IMG/VR virus record: IMGVR_UViG_2974506496_000001
Location: 192,001 to 256,000 of that record
Length of the DNA stretch: 64,000 nucleotides
Strand: one strand, 5' to 3'
Source: a virus
Lineage: Duplodnaviria > Caudoviricetes
Shown here: piece after piece, positions 35,835 through 44,481 of the stretch
How positions within the stretch are numbered: the first letter of the stretch is position 1
Layout: each line of letters opens with the position of its first letter
The notes under the pieces: model-generated
The model's database searches: none
The model's input: the letters and a program-made list of their open reading frames with translations, nothing else
What the model was told of the DNA's origin: nothing
Position numbers and translations under genes: made by a program

Positions 35835-36337
35835 TACACTAAAATGCCGTTAAAGGCCACCGGGTCATTAGCCAGGAATGGATTGTACCGAACCACGGAC
35901 CCTAATGTGTAATCGTAATAGATGAAATCCAAGCATTGCGCACCCTGGTAGGTAGTCCATGACTTTGATAGATAACCATTGCGATCTAACGCAACGTAAG
36001 CTGGGCGGCTTGACAACGGAGTAAACTTCATCAACACTTGTGGCTGGTTGTTGAGGTTGTTTGTAAATACAGGCAGGGAAGGATGCGCATGCCTTGCAAT
36101 GGAGCACAACCAAGAGTCGTAGGTAAACCACTCTTTATACGGCGTGCCGTACATGTTGTTGGATGTGTTCAATGTAGTATTAACATATTTACCGGCATTG
36201 GCGGACATGCTGGTACTCGCGTTCGCTACCTTCGTATATTTGGCGGCATTGGCCGCAAGCCACGCCTCGAATTGTGCATAGGTCATCTTAGTACCTATCT
36301 GTGGCTGTGACTTACTGCCCATTAACATCTCTAACAT
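35834..36337 (-). CDS. LCCL-like domain protein (paralog 2)
   Basis: MYGTPY..FTYDS.LC.IARHA and RNGYLSKSW. Confidence 0.6.
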   Translation of the reverse strand: MLEMLMGSKSQPQIGTKMTYAQFEAWLAANAAKYTKVANASTSMSANAGKYVNTTLNTSNNMYGTPYKEWFTYDSWLCSIARHAHPSLPVFTNNLNNQPQVLMKFTPLSSRPAYVALDRNGYLSKSWTTYQGAQCLDFIYYDYTLGSVVRYNPFLANDPVAFNGILV

Positions 36338-36349
36338 GGTAACTCCTGA

Positions 36350-36859
36350 TTAGATCAACACCCCGTTAAACGGTACCGGTGTGCCGCCATTTAACGGAGT
36401 CCACCGCATCACAACACCCTGGGTATTGTCGTAGTAAATAAAGTCAAGCACAGTACGCCCATTAAATGATCCGTAAGACAAGCTGGTGTAACCGTTACGA
36501 TTGAGGCCTGAATAGGCACTTTTGGTAACATAAGGTCCAAGCTTCATTAAACAAAACTGTTTATTCGCCAACATGTAATCAAACATCGTTTGTGCCGGAC
36601 ACGCATGTCGTGCGATCCTTGCCCAAGTTGAATCGTGAGTACAGGAGTTTAAATAGGGAGTACCCCACATGTTACCGCCATCAGCCGTCATGGAGATCCT
36701 GGCATAGCCGTTCGTAAACGTGGTGGACGACGGAGTGCCTGTATTCGACGCTGCACTGACCGCACTGTACTTAGTGGTATTGGTATTTAACCAAGTAACA
36801 AAATCCGCATAGCTCATCTTTACAGTTTTCTTGCCAGCGTACATTAATAACTCGAGCAT
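36350..36859 (-). CDS. LCCL-like domain protein (paralog 1)
   Basis: MWGTPY..CTHDS....IARHA and YSGLNRNGYTSLSYG; GAGG RBS. Confidence 0.6.
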   Translation of the reverse strand: MLELLMYAGKKTVKMSYADFVTWLNTNTTKYSAVSAASNTGTPSSTTFTNGYARISMTADGGNMWGTPYLNSCTHDSTWARIARHACPAQTMFDYMLANKQFCLMKLGPYVTKSAYSGLNRNGYTSLSYGSFNGRTVLDFIYYDNTQGVVMRWTPLNGGTPVPFNGVLI

Positions 36860-36930
36860 AACTCCACCTCAAAATAAAATCCCGTTAGCAAGGGTTCTGG
36901 TTCTCTAATACATGACTTATAGGATTTAGC

Positions 36931-36960
36931 CGGCATAACGGAGCAGGCAACGCCTACTCC
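36931..36960 (-). terminator. Minus-strand hairpin with TTATGCCG tail
   Basis: Minus strand GGAGTAGGC-GTT-GCCTGCTCC-GTTATGCCG; the G-U pair forms only on the minus strand. Confidence 0.7.
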
Positions 36961-37000
36961 TGAATCCTGGTGTGAATAACGGTTGGTCGATTGGGGTATT

Positions 37001-37978
37001 TTAACCCGCTGTAGTTTGATCTGGGTAACCTCGACCTGTCCCCCAGACAATACGAACAATACCATCAGCACCACTACCTAAGAAACTGGTGCCGTCACTC
37101 TTGTACTGACTTGCCCCGCCGCCTCCTGCACCCCCGCCTGGAATCGCGGTAGGTATCCCCGCCCCTGATCCTGGCATATCCTTGATACGTCCTGTCGATT
37201 TAATTCCCCCACCACCTCGACCAGTATAGATCTTGGTAGTGCCTTGGGTCGTCAGGGTAACATTCCCACCATAACCCGCTCCCGTATCCGCAGGGTTAGT
37301 GGGGGTTGCGCCATAAGCACATCCTGCGCCGCCATCGCCCATGTAACCGCCTGCACCGCCACCGCCGACCGCACGTGTCGTTAATGACCCGGTGCCACCC
37401 TTTCCACCTGTACCACCCCCAACAATAGGTTTGGTAGCAGGGTTCTGGATAGGGTTGTTCGCGATCCCGGCTAACACACCGCCGACGACATTTAACAGCC
37501 CGCCGACCAAACCGCCTACTAATCCCCCTACTATATCCACCAATACCAGATCCAGGAGATTACCGGAAAGTCCATTCGACTGCGGCATGACGGTAACTGC
37601 CGTGTTACCGGATGCGTCCTCCCCGCCACCCACTGCTTTTAACAGATAGGTGCCATTACGCGCTATCCCGGAGAAAGACCCTTTATTCGCCGTGAAGGCG
37701 GTTTTAACGGGTGTTGGTGTACCAATCCCACCTTGCCCTACCACAACCGTCATCTTCTCACCAGGAGTCACAGGGATCGCATTACGATAACGTAACGTCC
37801 CGCCATTCCCGCCGGTGTGTACAAGGGTAGTGCTACTGGCTGATTGCCCACCCCCTACTGCGACGGCACTCATGCTCGTTGCCCCTTCTGGCACAATCAG
37901 TTCGTACACCCCCGCCTTTGTGAAGAGCGTCTCTAGGGGTAACTTAATGTGTGTCTTGTTTAACAATAACCCAATCAT
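37001..37978 (-). CDS. Glycine-rich virion/tail-associated protein
   Basis: VPEGATSMSAVAVGGG...GGGGAGG...GADGIVRIVWG pattern typical of Gly-rich fibre domains. Confidence 0.7.
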   Translation of the reverse strand: MIGLLLNKTHIKLPLETLFTKAGVYELIVPEGATSMSAVAVGGGQSASSTTLVHTGGNGGTLRYRNAIPVTPGEKMTVVVGQGGIGTPTPVKTAFTANKGSFSGIARNGTYLLKAVGGGEDASGNTAVTVMPQSNGLSGNLLDLVLVDIVGGLVGGLVGGLLNVVGGVLAGIANNPIQNPATKPIVGGGTGGKGGTGSLTTRAVGGGGAGGYMGDGGAGCAYGATPTNPADTGAGYGGNVTLTTQGTTKIYTGRGGGGIKSTGRIKDMPGSGAGIPTAIPGGGAGGGGASQYKSDGTSFLGSGADGIVRIVWGTGRGYPDQTTAG

Positions 37979-38035
37979 GCATCATCCTTCTAGAATGAGT
38001 ACCTTGACGACCTACTCGCGTCATAGCATTCCAGC

Positions 38036-38079
38036 CGGCATAAGGGAGTGGATACCCTGACCGTAGCCAAGGTATCCAC
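38036..38079 (-). terminator. Minus-strand hairpin (UACG loop) with TTATGCCG tail
   Basis: Minus strand GTGGATACCTTGGC-TACG-GTCAGGGTATCCAC-TCCCTTATGCCG. Confidence 0.8.
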
Positions 38080-38087
38080 GTGGTGCG

Positions 38088-39809
38088 TCAAGCCGCAGCC
38101 ATGAAATCGATCTCGATGTGTTTTTCTACCATAAAGTCTTTCAGTAACGTAATGGTCTCAGGTGCTTTGTACAACTTACGTGCAAGTTCACCGGCATTGT
38201 TCATACCACCGGCTGCCAGGTTTACTGCTACCTGACGATACTCCGTATCATCCAATCCTTCGATCTGGGTCATCTCAATCCAGGTGGTTTGTTTCCCCAC
38301 ATTCATGATGACCGTACCGGTCGGGTATGCTCCTTCTACGTCGATGTCGTTCGTACCTGTTCGCACATAGGACTTGACATTCGGCAGTTCTTTAAACATC
38401 GCTTTGCCGTTTAAAGCAACCAGCTCTGTTGGCAGCATGACGATCCAGCCACCCAGCCCCTGAATGTGATCATCCAGTTCGGTACGCATCTGATCTGATG
38501 TAGTACCCCAGATATACCCTTCTTTCATTACATCGTAATGCATCGCCTCAGCGATACGTGTCGGCTGCGATATAAAGTTACGGTAGTCTGACACCCCGCA
38601 GAACGTTGGAACCGCTACAGAGAGATCTGAGGTCTTCTCGTCCATCATTTCAACCACGATGCAGTCGAAGATGTTATACATCACATATTCGTACTTGTAG
38701 TTGCTCTGCATGAACTCATGCCAGTCTGCCCCGTGGTACCCTTCAGCTTCACTGAACTTCATCTTGGTCACACCGAGTACTTTCTCTGCGATGTTATCCA
38801 GTTTGTAGTTCAGCTCTTTACCGTTCATGGTACGCAGGTAGTAATAGGCTGACATCGATTCAGCCCAACGGAACGACGCAGGGGCATTGACGTAAGGCCA
38901 CTTCTCATAGTTAGCTAATGATGTCTTGGTGACTTCTTTGCCATCATTTTTTACTTTGTGGGTTTTGCCCTCGTAGTAATAAACGTTACGGTACTCTTGG
39001 GGTACCGAGGGATCGCAAATAACGTCAGCAGGGTTGATGCCGGCATTAGTTAATGTTTGGGTGAGAACCTTGTAGTCGAACTCGAGCACGTTCCAGCCAG
39101 TGATGAAATCGGGCATCCACTCATGGGCGCGTTCAAACAGTTTGACAAAGCCATCTGCAGCACTGTCAACCAACACGAACTCTGGGTTGGTGATGCTGCG
39201 TTTGGTTGCCCACTCGCCCAGGTATTTATCCCAGGCCAGTTTCAGCTTCTGATGAATACGTTCATCCGCTTCCCCGCCAAAGTAGCGACGGATCACAAAG
39301 GTAAAGGTGCGTTCTTTAAAGGTTAAGGATGCCATGATCGGCTCACCCTTATACCGCTCGTCTACCATTTCGGTTTCGATATCGAACACACTGATTTTGT
39401 ACGGAGTAAAGGTATCAGGAAACTTCGCTTCGTACATCGCTTTGACAATCGAGGAGGGTTCGATGTCAGCGCCATACACGTACGGACTGCGACATACCCG
39501 ACGCAGTTGCTGATCGGTGGCACCTTTTCCCAACATCTTTGAGATGTGGTTAGGAAGATCCCACTGCGGGCAACTGAACTTCTGCAGCTTGGACAGCTCT
39601 TCGTAATCTTTCTTATCCTGGTGATTGCGGTACGCCGGTTTGGTGAGGTAGTAATCACGCTTCATGTCTTTGATGATGCGGGTGTGGGGTTTGCTGTTCC
39701 CGTTCTCGTCAATCACATTCTCTTTCACGAAGATGATGTCTGATTTGCCGCGCAGAGAAAGGGTATAGATCGCGTGCTTGCATTCGAAACGAAGGTTATT
39801 GCTGCTCAT
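38088..39809 (-). CDS. Family-B DNA polymerase N-terminal subunit: 3'-5' exonuclease plus motif A (phiKZ gp82-like)
   Basis: ExoI FDIETE, ExoII GWNVLEFD, ExoIII YNIFDC and motif A DVEGAYPT; no motif B or C seen. Confidence 0.85.
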   Translation of the reverse strand: MSSNNLRFECKHAIYTLSLRGKSDIIFVKENVIDENGNSKPHTRIIKDMKRDYYLTKPAYRNHQDKKDYEELSKLQKFSCPQWDLPNHISKMLGKGATDQQLRRVCRSPYVYGADIEPSSIVKAMYEAKFPDTFTPYKISVFDIETEMVDERYKGEPIMASLTFKERTFTFVIRRYFGGEADERIHQKLKLAWDKYLGEWATKRSITNPEFVLVDSAADGFVKLFERAHEWMPDFITGWNVLEFDYKVLTQTLTNAGINPADVICDPSVPQEYRNVYYYEGKTHKVKNDGKEVTKTSLANYEKWPYVNAPASFRWAESMSAYYYLRTMNGKELNYKLDNIAEKVLGVTKMKFSEAEGYHGADWHEFMQSNYKYEYVMYNIFDCIVVEMMDEKTSDLSVAVPTFCGVSDYRNFISQPTRIAEAMHYDVMKEGYIWGTTSDQMRTELDDHIQGLGGWIVMLPTELVALNGKAMFKELPNVKSYVRTGTNDIDVEGAYPTGTVIMNVGKQTTWIEMTQIEGLDDTEYRQVAVNLAAGGMNNAGELARKLYKAPETITLLKDFMVEKHIEIDFMAAA

Positions 39810-39909
39810 GATGAATGATAATCCTATGTCAAAACACTACAAAGTGCACCAGTGTTTAATACGCGTTATAACATCAGGCGTGCAACTACATTTATACAAA
39901 GGAGATCAC

Positions 39910-41172
39910 ATGATCCTATCTAGCGGTCTGGAAGCGATTAGCTTTCAAAAGAATCCGCTCTTTTACAAACAGCTGGTTGTCGAATTCGGCCGTCTGATGG
40001 AACTTGCTAAAGCCAATGGTAAGAAGCGCTTGACCGAAGAGATGATGGCGCAGTCTAACCTGGCAAAAATCACCATGGCGAACACCGGCATCAAAGTCTC
40101 GCCTGGGGTGGATACCCGCATGCAGTGTAATGCGTACGTTATGATTCCGAGCATCAACTCCTATCACGTCTTCAATGACCGCATGCGTCAGATCTTCTCA
40201 GGGTATGCCGAATCGTTTGAGCAGTTTCGTAAAGCCAACGATGTGTTGATTGGGTTGGTTGATCTGCAGAACTCCAAAGTGGGCGGGGTCTTCTCGACTA
40301 TTGATCACCGCATCTGTCTGTCGTACGATATGATGACCGACTATGACATGACCCCGGGTGAAGTCGCAGCCATTTACATGCATGAAGTCGGCCATGCCTT
40401 TACCTTCCTGGAGATGCTGCATTATACCGCTACCACCAACCTGGTGCTGACCGCTGGCATTGAAGCGATCATCAAATCAGAAACTTCTCGTAAGCATGTC
40501 ATCTTAAGTGATATCGAAAACTCCTTAGGGATTAAGATTGATAATAAAGATGAACTGGTCGCTTACGACAAGTATGAAGATTATGCTGTCACGATCCTGT
40601 CGAAGTACAATCGCACCTTAGCTGCGGCCCTGGGTTCACCGGCACACGATGAATCGATGTCTGAGCAGATGGCAGATATGTTTGCCACCCGACATGGCGC
40701 GGGATTGGATCTGGCGCGGGGATTGTCCCGTATTCACAAATATTACAATTCACCGAAGTTTAAGTTTGCCCGCTATCTGGAGATCTTTGTCGGCATCCTG
40801 CAGACCATGGGCTTGTCCCTGGTGTTCGATGTGTTGGGAGTAATCGTTGTCCTGACTGTCGGTAACTTCTTTGGTGGGACGTATGACCGGGCGAAAGACC
40901 GTTTCATCCGCATGCGTAACGAAATCGTGGTCGGCCTGAAAGATGAAGAGATCAGTGCAGCTGACCGCAAACTCTTGATCAGTCATATCGCCGAGCTGGA
41001 CAAGATCATTGCCCAGGCCAAAAACGAAAGCTCCTTTGTCGAGCAGTTGTCTCTGGTGGTGCGCGCCAGCCAGCGTGAGCGTTATGCCAGCAAGTACCTG
41101 CAAAAGGATCTTGAAGCCCTTCTTAATAATCCGCTCTATGTCAGTGCGGCCAAACTGAAAACATTGCAATAA
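39910..41172 (+). CDS. Putative virion head protein with zincin metallopeptidase motif
   Basis: HEVGH and EQMADMFA; N-terminal SGLE-A maturation site. Start moved to ATG 39910 (AAAGGAG RBS). Confidence 0.7.
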   Translation: MILSSGLEAISFQKNPLFYKQLVVEFGRLMELAKANGKKRLTEEMMAQSNLAKITMANTGIKVSPGVDTRMQCNAYVMIPSINSYHVFNDRMRQIFSGYAESFEQFRKANDVLIGLVDLQNSKVGGVFSTIDHRICLSYDMMTDYDMTPGEVAAIYMHEVGHAFTFLEMLHYTATTNLVLTAGIEAIIKSETSRKHVILSDIENSLGIKIDNKDELVAYDKYEDYAVTILSKYNRTLAAALGSPAHDESMSEQMADMFATRHGAGLDLARGLSRIHKYYNSPKFKFARYLEIFVGILQTMGLSLVFDVLGVIVVLTVGNFFGGTYDRAKDRFIRMRNEIVVGLKDEEISAADRKLLISHIAELDKIIAQAKNESSFVEQLSLVVRASQRERYASKYLQKDLEALLNNPLYVSAAKLKTLQ

Positions 41173-41185
41173 GGATTCATCAGAA

Positions 41186-41692
41186 ATGATTATTGACGTA
41201 GCAGAATTAAAGAAACAGATCGTGTCGGTGCGTTCTATTGCAGAGATCCCAACTACCCTGCGTACTAAACTGATTGAAACCGGTCTGGCCCGTGCGGTAG
41301 CTTATGGTGTTGATCTGCCAAAAGAGCTGGTCGGCAACCCGGTCTCCTATTTCGCCAGCAACGCCACTGATGCTAAGCAGGCACTGGCGGTGATCAACGA
41401 AACCAACGTGATCAACATCTCCCGTATCCTGTCACTCGCCACCATCATCTGGCAGGCACGCTACAACATGGTTTATCTGCCCGCCACTCGCGAGTCCATG
41501 GAGTTGACCCATCAGGTATTGTCCGATCAACGCGAATGGTTGTTCGATGCAGAGCAGCAGGATTTCCTGTCGGCGACCATTGGCGACGGTACGGTGCAAG
41601 ACAGCCTGAAGCTGGCTCTGTTAACCTTCACCTGCCCGGCTGTGATCAACCCTAACCAGGTAGCACCAGTCACCACCGCTGACGAGGAGTAA
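41186..41692 (+). CDS. Putative virion structural protein
   Basis: 168 aa within the head-protein operon. Confidence 0.6.
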   Translation: MIIDVAELKKQIVSVRSIAEIPTTLRTKLIETGLARAVAYGVDLPKELVGNPVSYFASNATDAKQALAVINETNVINISRILSLATIIWQARYNMVYLPATRESMELTHQVLSDQREWLFDAEQQDFLSATIGDGTVQDSLKLALLTFTCPAVINPNQVAPVTTADEE

Positions 41693-41694
41693 TC

Positions 41695-43161
41695 ATGTCT
41701 ATTGATCTGATCGCTTCCTTTATCGACGATTCGGGCAATGTCCCGATGACGGCGCTGACCGTGGTAAAGAAAGAGAACGACGAAGCCAACGCACAACTGC
41801 CGAAACAGGTAGCGATGCTGAAAGCCTCTAACGAACGTATCGTTGAACTTCAGTCTGTGATCGAGCGCGTACGTCGTGAAGGCATGAGCCGTGAAGTTGC
41901 CGCGATTGTTGCCTCGATTGCACCCGAAGCGCTGCCGGTTGGCTACGGTGCTGAAGGTTTCACTGAGCAACCCTCAAAGCTCGGGATGGCCGCTGGTCTG
42001 GAATCGATCACCGCCTATGTGATTGATGGCATCAAACGTCTGATCGCATTCCTGATTGATAAGGCCAAGAAAGCCGCTGCCTTTATTGTGGATCAGTATC
42101 GTCGTCTGACGGGCATTGCTCCCACTGCGTACAAGATCGATCGTCGTGCTGCTTATCTTACGGCGATGTCTGCCCGGTTTGCTCAGCACTTCGGTACGGA
42201 TCTGGCGACCCTGTTAGAGCAGGATATCAATGCCGGCTTTACCAGTATCGAAAGTACCCGTATGGTATTAAGCGGAATGTTTGCTGATGCGGAAGTGCTG
42301 CAGGCGGATCTGTCTAAATATGGCAAGCACATCAATGTCATGTCCAAACAGATCGAAGCGTTACTGGCAGATGCGCCAGCACGTGTGGTGCGGGTCAATG
42401 CGATTGTTAATGATGTCACGGTATCGCGCAATGGCAGCAACGATCGCAGTGCAGAGATCCTGCGTCTGATCGACACCCGTAACCTCGATGCCGTGGTTAG
42501 TACGTTGCGCAGCGTCAGTAAGTTACTGGTCAGCAGCCCGATGTACAAATCCACTGGCGCCGGTAAAGACGGCAAAATCAAACAGACTATCCTTGAGCAG
42601 TTAAACAGCGATGGTTTCCGTGAGATGATGTCCGGTCTTTCCATGGCTGCTAATGCTGGCATGACCCACACCATGGACATGACGGATGCCTCGGCGATCA
42701 TTCGCTCACGTAATCTGGCTGAGGCTGTTAAAGAGCTCACCAATTACGAAGAAGTGAAGAAGCGTTCACTGGATGACCTCAAGTCTGCTACTGGTTCGAT
42801 CAACAGCAACAAATATGTGCAGGCCGCTGAACAGTCACCGGGTGATGACCCGACCATGGCAGCTGTGGTGCAGTTTAACCAATACTGGGATGATGTCACG
42901 ACCGCCGTAAAAGTGGCACAGGACATCACCACCGCCTACGCGGAGACAGTATTCAAACTGCAGCTGTTCTCGGTGCGTTGTCAGGATCTGGCGCTGGTAC
43001 AGTGGTCCGCTAACCCAGCCAATGCCGGCCTGGCAGAAGCCAATGCCGCGACTGAACGTCTGCAGGCGGTGGTCAAGCAGTATCTGGATAAGGTCGTGAA
43101 GAACACCACGGGCTTGAAAGGTGCGCTGGATGACCTCGGCAAACTGGTCAATCAACTGTAA
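41695..43161 (+). CDS. Putative internal head/ejection protein with propeptide
   Basis: GAEGF and AGLES maturation-type sites; N-region is paralogous to the next gene. Confidence 0.65.
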   Translation: MSIDLIASFIDDSGNVPMTALTVVKKENDEANAQLPKQVAMLKASNERIVELQSVIERVRREGMSREVAAIVASIAPEALPVGYGAEGFTEQPSKLGMAAGLESITAYVIDGIKRLIAFLIDKAKKAAAFIVDQYRRLTGIAPTAYKIDRRAAYLTAMSARFAQHFGTDLATLLEQDINAGFTSIESTRMVLSGMFADAEVLQADLSKYGKHINVMSKQIEALLADAPARVVRVNAIVNDVTVSRNGSNDRSAEILRLIDTRNLDAVVSTLRSVSKLLVSSPMYKSTGAGKDGKIKQTILEQLNSDGFREMMSGLSMAANAGMTHTMDMTDASAIIRSRNLAEAVKELTNYEEVKKRSLDDLKSATGSINSNKYVQAAEQSPGDDPTMAAVVQFNQYWDDVTTAVKVAQDITTAYAETVFKLQLFSVRCQDLALVQWSANPANAGLAEANAATERLQAVVKQYLDKVVKNTTGLKGALDDLGKLVNQL

Positions 43162-43170
43162 GGAAATCGC

Positions 43171-44427
43171 ATGGAATCCACATTACTTCAAACGATCAAT
43201 GAAACCACGGAGTTGTGTGACTCTTTGATTTCGTTGTCACAACGTCTTGAGATGTTGGGTCCCATTGCTGCTGAATCCGTTAACTTCGCAAAGATCCATG
43301 AATCGATTAACCTGAAGGTGGCGAAGATTGCCGCTTCGATGGAGTCGATTGAAGCTAACGGCATCAACCAGGAGGCGGTGTTAGAAATCAATACTGCCAT
43401 GCCTGGTATCATTCCCAACACCATCCCTCTTAATGGATACACCAAAGCCCGCAGTCAGATGAATGTGGGGTTTGCCTTAGAGTCGTTGGAGTCAGGTAAA
43501 GCAGCAATGATCTCCGGTTCAGTAACAGGGATCGTGGCCGTGATCGTCAAACTGTTTCGTTGGGTTGTCATGACCATCAAGCAGTATGTCAAATCACGCC
43601 GTGATGCGAACCGTCTCGGTGTCTCTGTGACACAAGCACTGCAACGTGCGGGAACGATCAACGAATACCTGTTAGAACAGTTGGCAAAAACCCCAGAAGC
43701 CAAAGCCGCCCGTCCGGGCTTTGAATGGTTGGTATCGATCTGGCGTCCGCAGGCTGGGATCTTTAAGTTCAATGAAGATGCACTGGTGCAGTGGTGGCCA
43801 GAACTCGTCAATGAACTGGAGTACGAATACAACCAGATCAGCAAGGCGTTTGACATGCTGCGTAGCGGTGGGTCGTTTGTCCCGAACATTGCGAAAGCGC
43901 ATCAGTCCCCCTCCATGAAGCGTTTCTTTGAAGCCTTACCGCAAGGGACGGATCGTCAAGGGAACATCGTTGAGGTAGAGCTGGCGAAGAAGCAGTTTCA
44001 GGAGAACCCACAGCGTGCGTTGTTCCAGCTGGCTGAGCGTCTGCGCTACATGATCATGCGCGAGCCTAAATCAAAAGGTACTGACTTTGGGCAAGAGCTG
44101 ATTTCAGTAGGTCGCAGTATTGAAGCCTACACCAATGTGGATCGTCTGGTGTTTGATCAGCTGAATACCTACGATACCAACAATCGATTAGGGAAACTGG
44201 AAGAGGCGTTTGGTGCGTTGTATAAGCAAGTACAAGCCACACGCTACACTGCAGACAAAGCCCTGGTTGATGAGTTCGTGGGTTACCTGAACCGTTATTC
44301 AGAAAAGCTTAACTGTTTCGTGCAACTGATCACCATTGTGAGTTACCTGGATAGCTGTAGTTTCCAGATCCTTGACAATGTCTCCAAAGCCACCATGAAG
44401 TACGTTGATATTGCTGCCAGTAATTAA
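43171..44427 (+). CDS. Putative internal head protein, paralog of 41695-43161
   Basis: ASMES and ALESLES sites; shared G[FY]T..[PR]S......[GA]LES segment. Confidence 0.65.
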   Translation: MESTLLQTINETTELCDSLISLSQRLEMLGPIAAESVNFAKIHESINLKVAKIAASMESIEANGINQEAVLEINTAMPGIIPNTIPLNGYTKARSQMNVGFALESLESGKAAMISGSVTGIVAVIVKLFRWVVMTIKQYVKSRRDANRLGVSVTQALQRAGTINEYLLEQLAKTPEAKAARPGFEWLVSIWRPQAGIFKFNEDALVQWWPELVNELEYEYNQISKAFDMLRSGGSFVPNIAKAHQSPSMKRFFEALPQGTDRQGNIVEVELAKKQFQENPQRALFQLAERLRYMIMREPKSKGTDFGQELISVGRSIEAYTNVDRLVFDQLNTYDTNNRLGKLEEAFGALYKQVQATRYTADKALVDEFVGYLNRYSEKLNCFVQLITIVSYLDSCSFQILDNVSKATMKYVDIAASN

Positions 44428-44429
44428 AT

Positions 44430-44481
44430 CGGCATAAAGGCCTGGCCTTCCTTGCGGAGGGCCAGAGCCTTGCTTATGCCG
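44430..44481. terminator. Bidirectional hairpin at a convergent junction
   Basis: CGGCATAA-AGGCCTGGCCTTCC-TTGC-GGAGGGCCAGAGCCTT-GCTTATGCCG. Confidence 0.85.

Noticed and set aside
39778-39909. Upstream extension of the HExxH protein
   Set aside because: It overlaps the divergent polymerase start, and ATG 39910 has a strong AAAGGAG RBS.
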